From contig JACNJE010000082.1 in assembly GCA_014382705.1 (NCBI GenBank), positions 19,665 to 83,664 on the forward strand: a DNA stretch of 64,000 nt. The letters are read 5' to 3'. Shown piece after piece: positions 8,301-19,167 of the stretch. Source of the DNA: Verrucomicrobiota bacterium (GTDB lineage Bacteria > Verrucomicrobiota > Verrucomicrobiia > Limisphaerales > UBA1096). A program made the translations under genes and the position numbers. The stretch's first letter is position 1. Every line of letters starts with the position of its first letter. The notes beneath the pieces are model-generated. The model was given only the letters and a program-made list of their open reading frames with translations. It ran no database searches and was not told the DNA's origin.

Positions 8301-9383
8301 ATCACCTTCGACGACATCATCCGCGACCCCAACGTCGGCAGCGGCGGGTCGCTGATCTTCGACGGCCGGAGCGCGAGCGTCGCCCTGCCGGACGACATCC
8401 CGCAAATCTTTAGCGATGGCGGGGCAATCACGGTCGAGTATTGGTTCAAGGGCGAATCATTCCAGTCGGCCGTCCGCTGGCAGGACGGCCAATACTTTGT
8501 CGCCGGCTGGAACGGCCTGCACATTATCTCCACCGATGGCGGCACCGGCGCGGGAATCGCGGTCGGCCCGGCGACCGACGGCAAGTGGCACCACGTCGCC
8601 ATGACCTGGGAGGTGGACATGGCCGATGGCTTCAAGAGCTACCTCGACGGCGAACTGGTCGCCCAGCGCGACTCCGGGCCAGAGCTGCTGCCATTGATCA
8701 ACGGCCAAGCCTATCTCGGGGCGTATCAGGGCGTGTCCGAGTTCACCAAGGGCCAGCTCGACGAGGTGCGAATTTGGGAAACCGTCCGCACCGGAGAACA
8801 GTTGAAAGAATGGATGAACAAGCCACTCGGCGATAATTCGGACGGACTGCTCGCTTACTATCAATTCGACGAATTGAGCGGCGGCACGCTGCCTGACGCC
8901 TCCGGCAACGAGTTCGACGGCACGCTCAAAAACATGACCGATGCCAACTGGGCGACCGGTGCCGGAGCGGCGTTCACAGCGCTTGGCCCCAAGGGGCAAC
9001 GGGTGCCGGGCACTTTCGGCATCGACGGCGCAGCGGTCGAGTCGGTCGAGTACCTCGGTGACGGCCGCACGGTGCGCATCGTCGCCTACGGCATCGAGTC
9101 GCCGGAGGCCAAGGCGACCGTCAACGGCATCCGCGACGCCGGCGACAACGAGATTGCCGCCGACACGCAGGTTGTCATCGGTGTGGAGCAGGAAGGCGGC
9201 CCGGTGGAACCGCCGGTGGTCTCGCTCCATTCAACCGACGGGACGCTGAGTATCGACACCACACGCGGCACGCTGCAATCCGCGCCAAGCGTGAACGGCC
9301 CGTGGGAAGACGTCACTGCCCCGCTGCTGTTGAACCTCAACGAACTCGACGCAGCCGGTTTCTTCCGCGCGGTGGTGGAATAA
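5349..9383 (+). CDS. Large secreted multi-domain protein with three LamG/concanavalin-A-like lectin domains plus Ig-like domains
   Basis: Signal peptide (AAGLSLGLAMVAIGQA). Three copies of the LamG pattern (YTVEFWFR...DGKWHH...DELRIW...KPLSGDE..L.AYYNFDE..G.TL.D.SGN...G). Ig-like segments lie between them. Confidence 0.75.
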   Translation: MKTDTHLSRWFRSTRRLAKAAGLSLGLAMVAIGQADPAKITSHPSDLSAEEGTSTRLSAEVSGSPNTYRWHRANGGGGALAFAGDSQYVSVPIDVPETEYTVEFWFRTDDPNAGLFCAVDANLGGGGHDRHIHLADGNIRIRTWSDPGVEVSAGLNLADGKWHHIAHVISVELGGQFVYVDGEPVIEGVKDMSNFDWQKHVNIGFSNDAGSPHLVGEMDELRIWDYAFEQEEIQARMNKPLSGDEEWLLAYYNFDETEGDTLADSSGNEYEGALMNFAESGWGASAARLGVESAMNDGGGISGTDSAELKFARLAQADADTYFLRVSNPDGGVDSDKARLTVTVETVPPALVSHGALVTEDEFTEVAVQFDEALNPDAAEEVGNYSIAGATVVDAILQESGDGVLLDVEGLDTGDYQLTVSGLTDLAGNKMAPSKTGGGFISLQPLNIGDIDPTGVAHNFGGEIEVISGGADIWSNADDFTFLFEEKTGDFDMAVQVRSISNPNGWARNGLMVRESLDDISKMLGAFATPPHGQGYFALDRREESAQCFWWNNDGTPGSAVKQGGIKYGNDTVPGLPDIWIRLKRSGNRFTAFRSGNGEDWIELGVNTLEFSDTVYFGICQSSPGATRYANYGPFVYTGTEIAITEPPQTATATLGWEHTFRVGYKATTAGKPLAEGELSFQWLKNGQAIAGANGPAYTTPGVLSADDDGSRYSVTVSLGDVAATSSEAVLSVAKDSTAPVVASAKATKPAGVSGGGAALGFKGGGQYVSVPIDVPETDYTVEFWFRTEDPNAGLYCVVDANLGGGGHDRHLHLTGGNIRVRTWSGPGVEVSTGLNLADGEWHHLAHTLGAAANGQQIFIDGELVVQGGKDMSNFDWQKHVNIGFSNDAASQYLVGEMDELRIWGTVRTGEEINASRNKPLSGDEDDLIAYYNFDQTEGDTLADLSGNGHDGALMGMGDRNWAMSAAPLGQAPIDGIQLPTTIDITFDDIIRDPNVGSGGSLIFDGRSASVALPDDIPQIFSDGGAITVEYWFKGESFQSAVRWQDGQYFVAGWNGLHIISTDGGTGAGIAVGPATDGKWHHVAMTWEVDMADGFKSYLDGELVAQRDSGPELLPLINGQAYLGAYQGVSEFTKGQLDEVRIWETVRTGEQLKEWMNKPLGDNSDGLLAYYQFDELSGGTLPDASGNEFDGTLKNMTDANWATGAGAAFTALGPKGQRVPGTFGIDGAAVESVEYLGDGRTVRIVAYGIESPEAKATVNGIRDAGDNEIAADTQVVIGVEQEGGPVEPPVVSLHSTDGTLSIDTTRGTLQSAPSVNGPWEDVTAPLLLNLNELDAAGFFRAVVE
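5571..6189 (+). repeat. Intragenic duplicated LamG-domain segment, copy A
   Basis: About 620 bp, clearly alignable at DNA and protein level (roughly three quarters identical by eye) to 7608..8250. Confidence 0.75.
7608..8250 (+). repeat. Intragenic duplicated LamG-domain segment, copy B
   Basis: See copy A. A third, more diverged LamG copy follows at about 8330..8900. Confidence 0.75.
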
Positions 9384-9401
9384 AGAGGGACGAACGGACA
9401 G

Positions 9402-9980
9402 TTAACGCCGCTTGGCCAAGGCCTCCCCGCTTCGCGCGTGGATGTCTTTGTGCAGCGACTCGCCGTGCGAATCCATCGTGACCACGGCGGGGAAATCGCG
9501 CACCTCAAATTCCCAGATCGCCTCCGGCGAGCCGAACTCCTCGAGCATGTGCACATCGCGCACCTTGGTGATGCACTCGGCCAACACCTGCGCCGCACCG
9601 CCGATGGCGTGGAGATAAACCGCGCCGTGCTCCTGGCAGGCGGCGAGTGTCTTGTCCGCCATGCCGCCCTTGCCGATCACGCCGCGGATGCCGAACTGCT
9701 TCATGATGTCACCCTGATACGGTTCCTCGCGGATGGAGGTCGTCGGCCCGGCGGCGGTCACCTTCCATTCGCCGTTGTCCTCCTTCAACACCACCGGGCC
9801 GCAGTGGTACAGGATGCCGCCGTCTAGATTCACGCCGTCCGGCAACGCGCCGCCGTCGTGCAGATATTTGTGCACCGCATCCCGCCCGGTAAACACCACG
9901 CCGGAAATTAAAACCTGATCGCCGACCTTCAGTTCGCGGATGGCCTCTTCTGAAATTGGACTGGAAAGATGGTGCGTCAT
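9402..9980 (-). CDS. Class I (Fe-S) fumarate hydratase / hydro-lyase, beta subunit
   Basis: 192 aa with GVVFTGRDAVHKYL and GKGGMADKTLAACQEHGAVYL, typical of the C-terminal domain of two-subunit fumarate/tartrate hydro-lyases. Adjacent to the alpha subunit. Confidence 0.8.
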   Translation of the reverse strand: MTHHLSSPISEEAIRELKVGDQVLISGVVFTGRDAVHKYLHDGGALPDGVNLDGGILYHCGPVVLKEDNGEWKVTAAGPTTSIREEPYQGDIMKQFGIRGVIGKGGMADKTLAACQEHGAVYLHAIGGAAQVLAECITKVRDVHMLEEFGSPEAIWEFEVRDFPAVVTMDSHGESLHKDIHARSGEALAKRR

Positions 9981-9992
9981 GCTGCGTTTCGT

Positions 9993-10871
9993 TCAATAAA
10001 GCCAGCCGGTGATTTCTCCGTTGTCGGCCAAGGTCGCGCCGTGGCGGCGGAAGGCCCAGCACATGTAACTGACACTCACGAAATACGACGCCGGCACACG
10101 ATTGGCCGCGCCGATCTTTACGCCGAGCAGCGTCGTTTTGCCGCCGAACCCCATCGGGCCGATGCCCAGTTCGTTGGCGGTCGAGAGGATGTCCTGCTCC
10201 AGTTCGTCGAGCTTGGGATCGGGGTTGCGATCATCCAGGTTCCGAAGAAATTCGCGCTTGGAGAACTCGTAGCCGGTGGCGCGGTCGCCGCCGATGCACA
10301 CCCCGAGAACGCCCGGGCCGCAGCCCCTGCCCTGAGCCTGGTGCACTGCCTCGAGGATCACCTTGCGGCAGCCGTCGAGGTCGCGGTTGGCCTCTAGCGG
10401 GGTGTTCGGCAGGGAGAATTGCGCGCCGACATTCTCGCAACCGCCGCCCTTGAGCACGAGCCGCACGGCAATGTCATCCGAAGCGTGCTGGTGAAAATGC
10501 AGGTTTGGCGAGCCGGTGCCGAGGTTGGTGCCGTCGTTTTTGCCGGTGATCGAGTCGACCGAGTTTTGCCTGAGATAGCCAAGCCGGGTGGCTTCTTTCA
10601 CCGCTTCGCGCGCCTCCTGCTCAAACTCGACCTGGTCCAGTCCCACCGGGCAATCGACGTAAAACAGGATGCTGCCGGTGTCCTGACAGATTGGCTGCGA
10701 CTTGCGCTTGGCCAAGTCGATGTTGCGCTCAATGATTTCCAGCGCCGACTTGGCGATGGTGCCCTCCTTCTCCTGCTCCAGCCCGCGCAGGATCGCCGAC
10801 TGCACATCGTCGGGGATCTCCGCCGAGGTGCGCCGGATCAGTTCAACCAGTGACTCCCTGAGCCTGCTCAT
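9993..10871 (-). CDS. Class I (Fe-S) fumarate hydratase / hydro-lyase, alpha subunit
   Basis: 292 aa with PICQDTGSILFYVDCP and LKGGGCENVGAQF motifs of the catalytic N-terminal domain. Confidence 0.8.
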   Translation of the reverse strand: MSRLRESLVELIRRTSAEIPDDVQSAILRGLEQEKEGTIAKSALEIIERNIDLAKRKSQPICQDTGSILFYVDCPVGLDQVEFEQEAREAVKEATRLGYLRQNSVDSITGKNDGTNLGTGSPNLHFHQHASDDIAVRLVLKGGGCENVGAQFSLPNTPLEANRDLDGCRKVILEAVHQAQGRGCGPGVLGVCIGGDRATGYEFSKREFLRNLDDRNPDPKLDELEQDILSTANELGIGPMGFGGKTTLLGVKIGAANRVPASYFVSVSYMCWAFRRHGATLADNGEITGWLY

Positions 10872-10916
10872 GCGCCGGCGAGCGTAGGAGCCGAGCCGTG
10901 CAGTGTCAACGCGGCC

Positions 10917-11390
10917 TCAACCTCCGCGCTGGTAGCCCCGGCGCTCCCGCCGGTTGTGCTCAGCCACGTCCCCCTGCATGTCACCCACGGTGCCGCCGAG
11001 CATCTCCACAAAGTTTTCGCAACTGCACGCCGAGCCGCCGAGGCTGATCACCGTCTCGCGCTCCGCGTAGTCGTTGGTCACCGCCAACACCTCGCCGTAC
11101 GGCCTCATCAGGTGCGCCACCCGCTCGATGATCTGGTCGGCCGTCTGGCCCTTTTTGGAGAAAAGCACCTCGATGCCGCCTTTGGCTGTCTCGTTCTTTG
11201 GCGTCTCGGGCGGCGCGCCGCCACCGTCAAAGATCACCGTGACCGGCGTGCCGGACGAATCCTGATACTGCGTCAACACCGCCACCAGCGCATCCCGTGC
11301 CTGAAACGAATGCCGCTCGCGGCCCGATGCCAGGTCCGACCAGTGATGCAGCAGGCTGTAGCCATCCACCAAGACACGAACAATCCCCAT
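10917..11390 (-). CDS. NYN-domain (YacP-like) putative ribonuclease
   Basis: MGIVRVLVDGYSLLHHW... and VTVIFDGGG...VLFSKKGQTADQIIE resemble the YacP/Rae1-like NYN family. Start set at MGIV. Confidence 0.55.
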   Translation of the reverse strand: MGIVRVLVDGYSLLHHWSDLASGRERHSFQARDALVAVLTQYQDSSGTPVTVIFDGGGAPPETPKNETAKGGIEVLFSKKGQTADQIIERVAHLMRPYGEVLAVTNDYAERETVISLGGSACSCENFVEMLGGTVGDMQGDVAEHNRRERRGYQRGG

Positions 11391-11415
11391 GGGCGGTACG
11401 CTACGGAATGAACCG

Positions 11416-11457
11416 CGCTTGGCCAAGCGTTCGGTTTGGTGGTAGCTTGGCCAAGCG
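11416..11457. repeat. Two palindrome copies 28 bp apart in the NYN/fmdB divergent spacer
   Basis: CGCTTGGCCAAGCG at 11416-11429 and aGCTTGGCCAAGCg at 11444-11457. Confidence 0.9.
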
Positions 11458-11460
11458 GCG

Positions 11461-11715
11461 ATGCCGATTTACGAATACGAACTGTGCGACGATAAGGGCG
11501 ACTGCAAGCCGTGCGGCGGCCCCGGCTTCACGCTGCGGCGTCCCATTTCGGCCAAGCCGCTCGAGAAGTGCCCGGCCTGCAGGCGGCCGGTGCGCAAGCT
11601 CATCTCCGGCTTCAGCACCCCGACTCATCTCAAGCCGCTGTCGATCACCGACGCAAAGAAAGCCGGCTTCACCGTTTACAAAAAGCTCGGCAAAGGCGAA
11701 TACGAGCGCCAGTGA
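11461..11715 (+). CDS. FmdB-family zinc-ribbon putative regulatory protein
   Basis: MPIYEYELC...CKPCGG...CPACRRPVRKLIS is the CxxC...CxxC zinc ribbon with the characteristic MPxYEY start. Confidence 0.7.
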   Translation: MPIYEYELCDDKGDCKPCGGPGFTLRRPISAKPLEKCPACRRPVRKLISGFSTPTHLKPLSITDAKKAGFTVYKKLGKGEYERQ

Positions 11716-11872
11716 CGGCGATACTTTTTTCAGATTTAATGAACATTTCGCCCCAATCCGGCGTCCGAACCCCCGATGTCCGCGCTTGTGGGCATCCGCA
11801 ACGAATTTGTTCGTTGTGACCTTAGATGGCCGTTTTGCGGCCAAAGGAGGTTGGTTTGGTTGTTTGGGTTGA

Positions 11873-11905
11873 CGGGCGTCCCGCGAGGGGCGCCCGCATT
11901 TTTTT
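11873..11905 (+). terminator. Strong intrinsic terminator in the fmdB-sua5 convergent spacer
   Basis: 10-bp stem CGGGCGTCCC / GGGGCGCCCG with a GCGA tetraloop (11873-11896), then CA-T7 (11899-11905). Confidence 0.7.
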
Positions 11906-11917
11906 GCCCCGCAACCC

Positions 11918-12950
11918 TCACGTCCCGGCGGCGCGGTTGAGGCGGTCGTGGAGGGCGGCCCAGTCGGGAGCAGATGGAAGTGCCTGCACCAGAATGGTTT
12001 CCGCGCCGAGTCGGTCGCAGCGGTGTAGTGTGTCGTACAGTTCCCGCGCAAAGCCATCCGGATCGTCCGGCAGGCGATGCCAACGCTCGCTTGGCCAAGC
12101 GTTGGGCGATGACTTGCGGGCGATGACGTGGGTGGCTTCCCCCGCTTGGCCAAGCGCAGCCGTAAGATCGCCGCAGACCACCAGTTTTGCCCTCGGCGAG
12201 TAGTGGCGCGGGAGTAGGCCGGGGCTTTTCAGCGGCCCAATCCCGGCGGACAGCTTGGCTGATACAACCCCGCCGAGGACGGCTTGCAGTTGGCCAAGCG
12301 AGATCATCCCCGGACGCAGGAGGGTCGGCGTGTCGCCGGTGAGGTCGAGTACGGTGGACTCGATGCCGAGATCGCACGCGCCGCCGTCGAGCACCAGCGG
12401 GATGCGGCCGCCGAGTTGATCGACGACATGCTCCGCGCGGGTCGGCGACAAGCGGTTCGAGCGGTTGGCGCTGGGGGCGGCGAGCGGGAAGCCGCACTTG
12501 GCCAGCACGCCGCGCATCACCGGGTGCGCGGGGCAGCGAACGGCCACGGTGGCGCCCCCGGCAGTGACGATGTCCGGAACCGTGACAGCCTTGGGCAGCA
12601 CGAGCGACAGCGGGCCAGGCCAAAATTGTTCGGCTATTTTTTCGGCCGCGCTTGGCCAGGCGGCGACACAGTCGCGGGCCATCCCGACGGAATCGACATG
12701 GACGATGAGCGGGTTGTCGGCGGGCCGGCCCTTGGCCTCGAAAATACGGGCGACGGCGTCGGGCGAGCGTGCGTCGGCGGCCAGGCCGTACACGGTCTCG
12801 GTCGGCAGCGCGACGAGATGCCCCTGCGCCAGCAGCCCGGCCGCTTGGCCAAGCGCGCCGGGCGCGTCCGCCGGTTGAACCTCTGTGCTGAAGGATGGTT
12901 CGCTCGGTTCAGTCACGGCGGTGGCGCGGTTGATCGCCCGACCACGTTCG

Positions 12951-12958
<8 letters not shown>
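11918..12958 (-). CDS. tsaC: L-threonylcarbamoyladenylate synthase, long Sua5/YwlC type
   Basis: [18 protein letters not shown] signature and a C-terminal Sua5 domain. The start is uncertain (TTG at 12958 overlapping the hppA stop, or GTG at 12916). Confidence 0.85.
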
Positions 12959-15146
<2,188 letters not shown>

Positions 15147-15402
15147 TTGTGTTTTTCAGGTGAAATCGCTGGGGAAAGCGCGCTCCGTTCCAGGAGCAGG
15201 AATCGCGACGCCGCGAAGCGGCGGAACCAGCAGAATGGCTAACCCGGAATCGGGGCCGTACATCATGTTTTACAGAGTTGAAACGGGCAAAGCCTCCTCG
15301 CGCACGCCCGTTAGTTAAACGATATTTTTTTCCCGTCAAGGGGTTAATCGGCCTGCCGCAAAAAAACTCGCCAGCAGCCCACCACTCAACTATGCCCGGC
15401 GT

Positions 15403-15900
15403 ATGGACGGCGGCGACTGGGCGATTCGACTGACGGCGTTTCTCGCCTTTGCGGGGTATGTGCTCGCGCTGGCCGGTTGCGCCGGGCGGACGCGGCGGGC
15501 CGGGCCAAGCGGCAGCGGCTGGTGGGCGCTTGGCCTGGCGGCCTTCATGGCGCACCTGACCTGCGCCTTCCAATTCGAGCACGGCTGGAGCCATGCCCGG
15601 GCATTGGCGGCCACTGCCGCGCAAACGGCTGAGATCACCGGCGTCAACACCGGCGTCGGGCTTTACCTGAATTACGTCTTCGCCCTGGGCTGGACCGGGG
15701 ATGCCGCCTGGCGGCGCTTGGCCAAGCGGAGCCACGAGAGCCGGCCAGCCTGGGTGGGCGCGGCGCTGCACGGGTTCATGGCGTTCATGTGGCTCAACGC
15801 GACGGTGGTCTTTGGCTCGCCGTGGGGGCAGGCCGCCGGATGGGCGGCCGTCATCGGGCTGGGCGGATGGTTTGCGCTCCAGCGCGGGCGGGCGCTTTAG
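15403..15900 (+). CDS. Hypothetical integral membrane protein
   Basis: 165-aa ORF with about 4 hydrophobic segments. No family recognised. The coding call rests on ORF length and position only. Confidence 0.4.
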   Translation: MDGGDWAIRLTAFLAFAGYVLALAGCAGRTRRAGPSGSGWWALGLAAFMAHLTCAFQFEHGWSHARALAATAAQTAEITGVNTGVGLYLNYVFALGWTGDAAWRRLAKRSHESRPAWVGAALHGFMAFMWLNATVVFGSPWGQAAGWAAVIGLGGWFALQRGRAL

Positions 15901-18900
15901 CCGGCTTGGCCAAGCTCCTTTTTTTGCTGCTCAAGCAGGATGGTGACTTTTTGAAGCTCCGCCTCCGCTTGGCCAAGCAGGGTTTGGGCGTCGTCCAGCA
16001 GCCCGGTTTTTCCCATTTTTTCAACGGCCTCACACACCTTGGCCAGTTGCCCGGCGCGAAGGTTGCGGGCGCTGCCATTGAGCGAGTGGGCCGCTTCGCC
16101 GATTTCGGCGGCATCGCCGGTGGCCAGCGCCTCCCGGGCCTGGGCCAGACGCGCCGGGGCGTCCTGCAAAAACAGGTCGATCAGCTCCGCCACCACAGCG
16201 GCATCGCCAAAGGAGCGCAGCCCCTCGGCGATGGAGGCGGCATCGCTCGGGCCGGCCTCCCCGCGTGCCGCGCCCACTTCGCCGGCGATCCCCCCAAGCG
16301 CCTGGTCAAGCTGGCCAAGGTCGATCGGCTTGATGAGGTAATCATCCATGCCAGCGTCGAGGCATTTGCGTTTTTCGTCCGGGTCGGCGTTGGCGGTGAC
16401 CGCCAAGATGCGGGTTTGCCGGGCGCGACCCGGGAGTTTGCGGATGGCGCGGGTGGCTTCGCTGCCGTTCATCTCCGGCATGTGGCAATCCATCAGCACC
16501 ACGTCGTACGGCGTTTTGCGGATCGCCTCGAGCGCCTCGAGCCCGTTGGCCACCGCGTCCGCCGCGTAGCCGAGGTTACCAAGCTGCAGCAGCAGAACCT
16601 TGCGGTTCACCCGGTTGTCTTCCGCCACCAATATCCGGAGCGGCTTGGCTTCGCCCTTCGCGGGTTGATCGGCGGACGGCCGGTCGCCGGAAGCGGCTTC
16701 GCCCCCGAGCAGGCGGATGATGCCGTCGAGCAACCGGGACTGCTTGACCGGCTTGGTGAGGCAGTCATCGATGCCGGCGCCCTGCCGCGAGTCGGGCGGC
16801 GGGACGTTCCCCATCGGGGTCAGCAGGATCAATTTCAACTCGGCAAAAAGCAGATCGTTCTTGATGGCACGGGCCAGGCCGAGGCTGTCCTCCTCCGGCA
16901 TTTCACTGTCCAGGATGACCACCTGAAACGGCAGGTCGGTGGCGACCGCCTCCTGGAGCAACTGCAACGCCCCGGCCGCCTCGCGCGCCTCGGTGGTCTT
17001 GATCCGGCGCGAACCGAGTTGGTGGCGCAGAACCTGGAGGCTGGTGTCGTCGTTCGCGACAACCAGCACCTTCAGCCCGGCCAACATCTGCCGCTGCTCC
17101 TCCGCCACGCCGGGCTGGAGCTGCTTGCGCAGCGGCAGTTCGAACCAGAAACTCGACCCCTGCCCCAGCTTGCTCTCGAGCCCGATCCGGCCGCCCATGA
17201 TCTCGGTCAACTGCTTGGAAATGGTCAGGCCAAGGCCGGTGCCGCCGTAACGGCGCGAGAGCGAGCCGTCCCCCTGTGTGAACGGCTGAAACAGGCGCTT
17301 TTGGGAGTCCGCGGAGATGCCGGTGCCGGTGTCAACAATCTCGCAGCGGATCGTCACTTTGCGGCCGGTTTCGCTCACATTGCTGAGCCGCACCGTGACT
17401 TCGCCCTGCTCGGTGAACTTGATCGCGTTGCCGACCAGATTGGTCACGATCTGCCGCAGCCGGCCCGGGTCACCGATGACACTCGTCCAGACGTCCTCGA
17501 ACACCACGCAGGCCAGGTGCAGCCCCTTGCCCCGGGCCTGCTCCGCCAGCAGGTCGACGGCGCTCTCGACCGTCTCGCGAAGGTCGAACGGGGCCGCCTC
17601 GATCTCCAGCTTGCGCGCCTCGATTTTCGAGAAGTCGAGGATGTCGTTGATGACCCCCAGCAGCGCGTCGGCGCTTTGCCGGATGGTGGTGAGGAAGTCG
17701 CGCTGCTGCTCATTCAGCGGCGTTTCGAGCAGCAGCCCGGTCATGCCCATGATGGCGTTCATCGGCGTGCGAATCTCATGGCTGGTGTTGGCGAGAAACT
17801 CCGACTTGACCTTCGCCGACTCCAGCGCGGCGTCCCGGGCCTGGGCCAACTCGGCCTCGGCCTTTTTCAGGGGAGTGATGTCCTTGGAGATGCCGAACGT
17901 CCCGACGATTTCCCCGTCAGCGTTGCGCATCGGCATCTTGGTGGTGAGCACCCACCCCTCGCGGCCGTCGTTCCAGGTTTCCTTTTCGGTCTTGCCGATG
18001 ATGCCCTGGCCGGTCTCGAGGATGGCCTGCTCATCCTCGAGCGCGAGCCGGGCGTGTTCCTCGCTAAAAAAATCGGCATCCTTTTTGCCGACCGCCCCGC
18101 CGGGATCATCGAGCCCGAAATCTTTGGCCACGGCCCGGCTGATCATCAGGAACCGGCTGTCACGATCCTTGAAATAAATCCGATCCGGGATGTTGTCGAG
18201 CAGCGTGCGCAGCAGGTCGCGCTCATGCGCCAGCGCGATCTCGGTGCGCCGCTGCTGGGTGACATCCCAAAAAATGCCCTGCACGCCGGTGCACCGGCCG
18301 GCCTCATCGTGGATCGGAGTCTTGACGATATGCACCCACGACTTCTCCCCCTCCGGCGTGACGTGTTCCTCCACCGTGTCCAGCGACTCGCGGCTCTCCA
18401 TGATGCCGATGTCGTCCTCGCGGTATTTTTTCGCGAGGTCAGCCGGAAAAAAATCGAGGTCGGTTTTGCCGATAATCTCACGGCGCGTCCTGCCCAGCTC
18501 CCCGCAGAACCGCGCGTTGGCAAAGGTGAATTTCCCGGCGGCGTCCTTGCGGAAGATGTTTTGCGGCAGGTTCTCCACCAGCGAGTGAAACAGAATCTCC
18601 GAGCGGCGCAGCTCCAGCTCGGCCCCTTTCTGCTCGCTGATATCCTGCACCGTGCCCTCGTAATAAAGTGCCTTGCCGGACACATCCCACACCGTCCGGG
18701 CCGTCTCCGAGATCCAGATCCGGGAGCCGTCCCGGCGAAAAATCTCCGACTCGAACTGCTCGATGCGCCCCTGTTGCTGGATCAGTTTCAGGAACAAGTC
18801 CCTCTGCTTCGGCTCCACGTACAGCTGCCCCTCGATATCCCCAATCGCCTCGATCATCTGTGCCGGGGAGTCGTACCCGTACAGTTCCGCCAGCCGGTGG

Positions 18901-19019
18901 TTCGCGTAGACATAGCGGCCCTCCTCCGTGGAGCGAAAAATGCCCACTACGACATCGTCGAACACCTCCGGGTTCCGGACAGGATCGGTGGGCGGTTTTT
19001 TGTGGCTCGGTTTCGTCAT
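15897..19019 (-). CDS. Hybrid sensor histidine kinase (multiple PAS, HisKA, HATPase, two receiver domains, C-terminal HPt)
   Basis: SHEIRTPMNAIMGM (H-box), GGTGLGLTISKQL (G2), receiver ILVAEDNRVNRKV...VLMDCHMPEMNG, and an HPt-like AHSLNGSARNL. Start set at MTKPSHKK (19019) rather than the upstream ORF start at 19352. Confidence 0.85.
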   Translation of the reverse strand: MTKPSHKKPPTDPVRNPEVFDDVVVGIFRSTEEGRYVYANHRLAELYGYDSPAQMIEAIGDIEGQLYVEPKQRDLFLKLIQQQGRIEQFESEIFRRDGSRIWISETARTVWDVSGKALYYEGTVQDISEQKGAELELRRSEILFHSLVENLPQNIFRKDAAGKFTFANARFCGELGRTRREIIGKTDLDFFPADLAKKYREDDIGIMESRESLDTVEEHVTPEGEKSWVHIVKTPIHDEAGRCTGVQGIFWDVTQQRRTEIALAHERDLLRTLLDNIPDRIYFKDRDSRFLMISRAVAKDFGLDDPGGAVGKKDADFFSEEHARLALEDEQAILETGQGIIGKTEKETWNDGREGWVLTTKMPMRNADGEIVGTFGISKDITPLKKAEAELAQARDAALESAKVKSEFLANTSHEIRTPMNAIMGMTGLLLETPLNEQQRDFLTTIRQSADALLGVINDILDFSKIEARKLEIEAAPFDLRETVESAVDLLAEQARGKGLHLACVVFEDVWTSVIGDPGRLRQIVTNLVGNAIKFTEQGEVTVRLSNVSETGRKVTIRCEIVDTGTGISADSQKRLFQPFTQGDGSLSRRYGGTGLGLTISKQLTEIMGGRIGLESKLGQGSSFWFELPLRKQLQPGVAEEQRQMLAGLKVLVVANDDTSLQVLRHQLGSRRIKTTEAREAAGALQLLQEAVATDLPFQVVILDSEMPEEDSLGLARAIKNDLLFAELKLILLTPMGNVPPPDSRQGAGIDDCLTKPVKQSRLLDGIIRLLGGEAASGDRPSADQPAKGEAKPLRILVAEDNRVNRKVLLLQLGNLGYAADAVANGLEALEAIRKTPYDVVLMDCHMPEMNGSEATRAIRKLPGRARQTRILAVTANADPDEKRKCLDAGMDDYLIKPIDLGQLDQALGGIAGEVGAARGEAGPSDAASIAEGLRSFGDAAVVAELIDLFLQDAPARLAQAREALATGDAAEIGEAAHSLNGSARNLRAGQLAKVCEAVEKMGKTGLLDDAQTLLGQAEAELQKVTILLEQQKKELGQAG

Positions 19020-19030
19020 GCGCGGGGCGT

Positions 19031-19153
19031 TCGCTTGGCCAAGCGGAGGGTAGGAACTCCCCCCCGCTTGGCCAAGCGCATTCGCTCTCGGTCCCGCTCG
19101 GCGCTTTACCGGCCCGGGCGCACGGGGCAGACTGCCGCCCCGCTTGGCCAAGC
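19031..19153. repeat. Three palindrome copies in the histidine kinase/nfo divergent spacer
   Basis: 12-mer starts at 19032, 19065 and 19141. Confidence 0.9.
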
Positions 19154-19167
19154 CGGGCGGGGCGATA

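Noticed and set aside
5217-8405. 1062-aa ORF on the minus strand antisense to the LamG gene, and similar long antisense or alternate-frame ORFs (15789..20012 1407 aa, 13428..15242 604 aa, 29542..30969, 36286..38523, 34361..35521).
   Set aside because: Their translations are low-complexity Arg/Gly/Ala/Pro-rich strings with no recognisable domains. They lie opposite genes with unmistakable family signatures. Long stop-free antisense frames are expected at about 65-70% GC.
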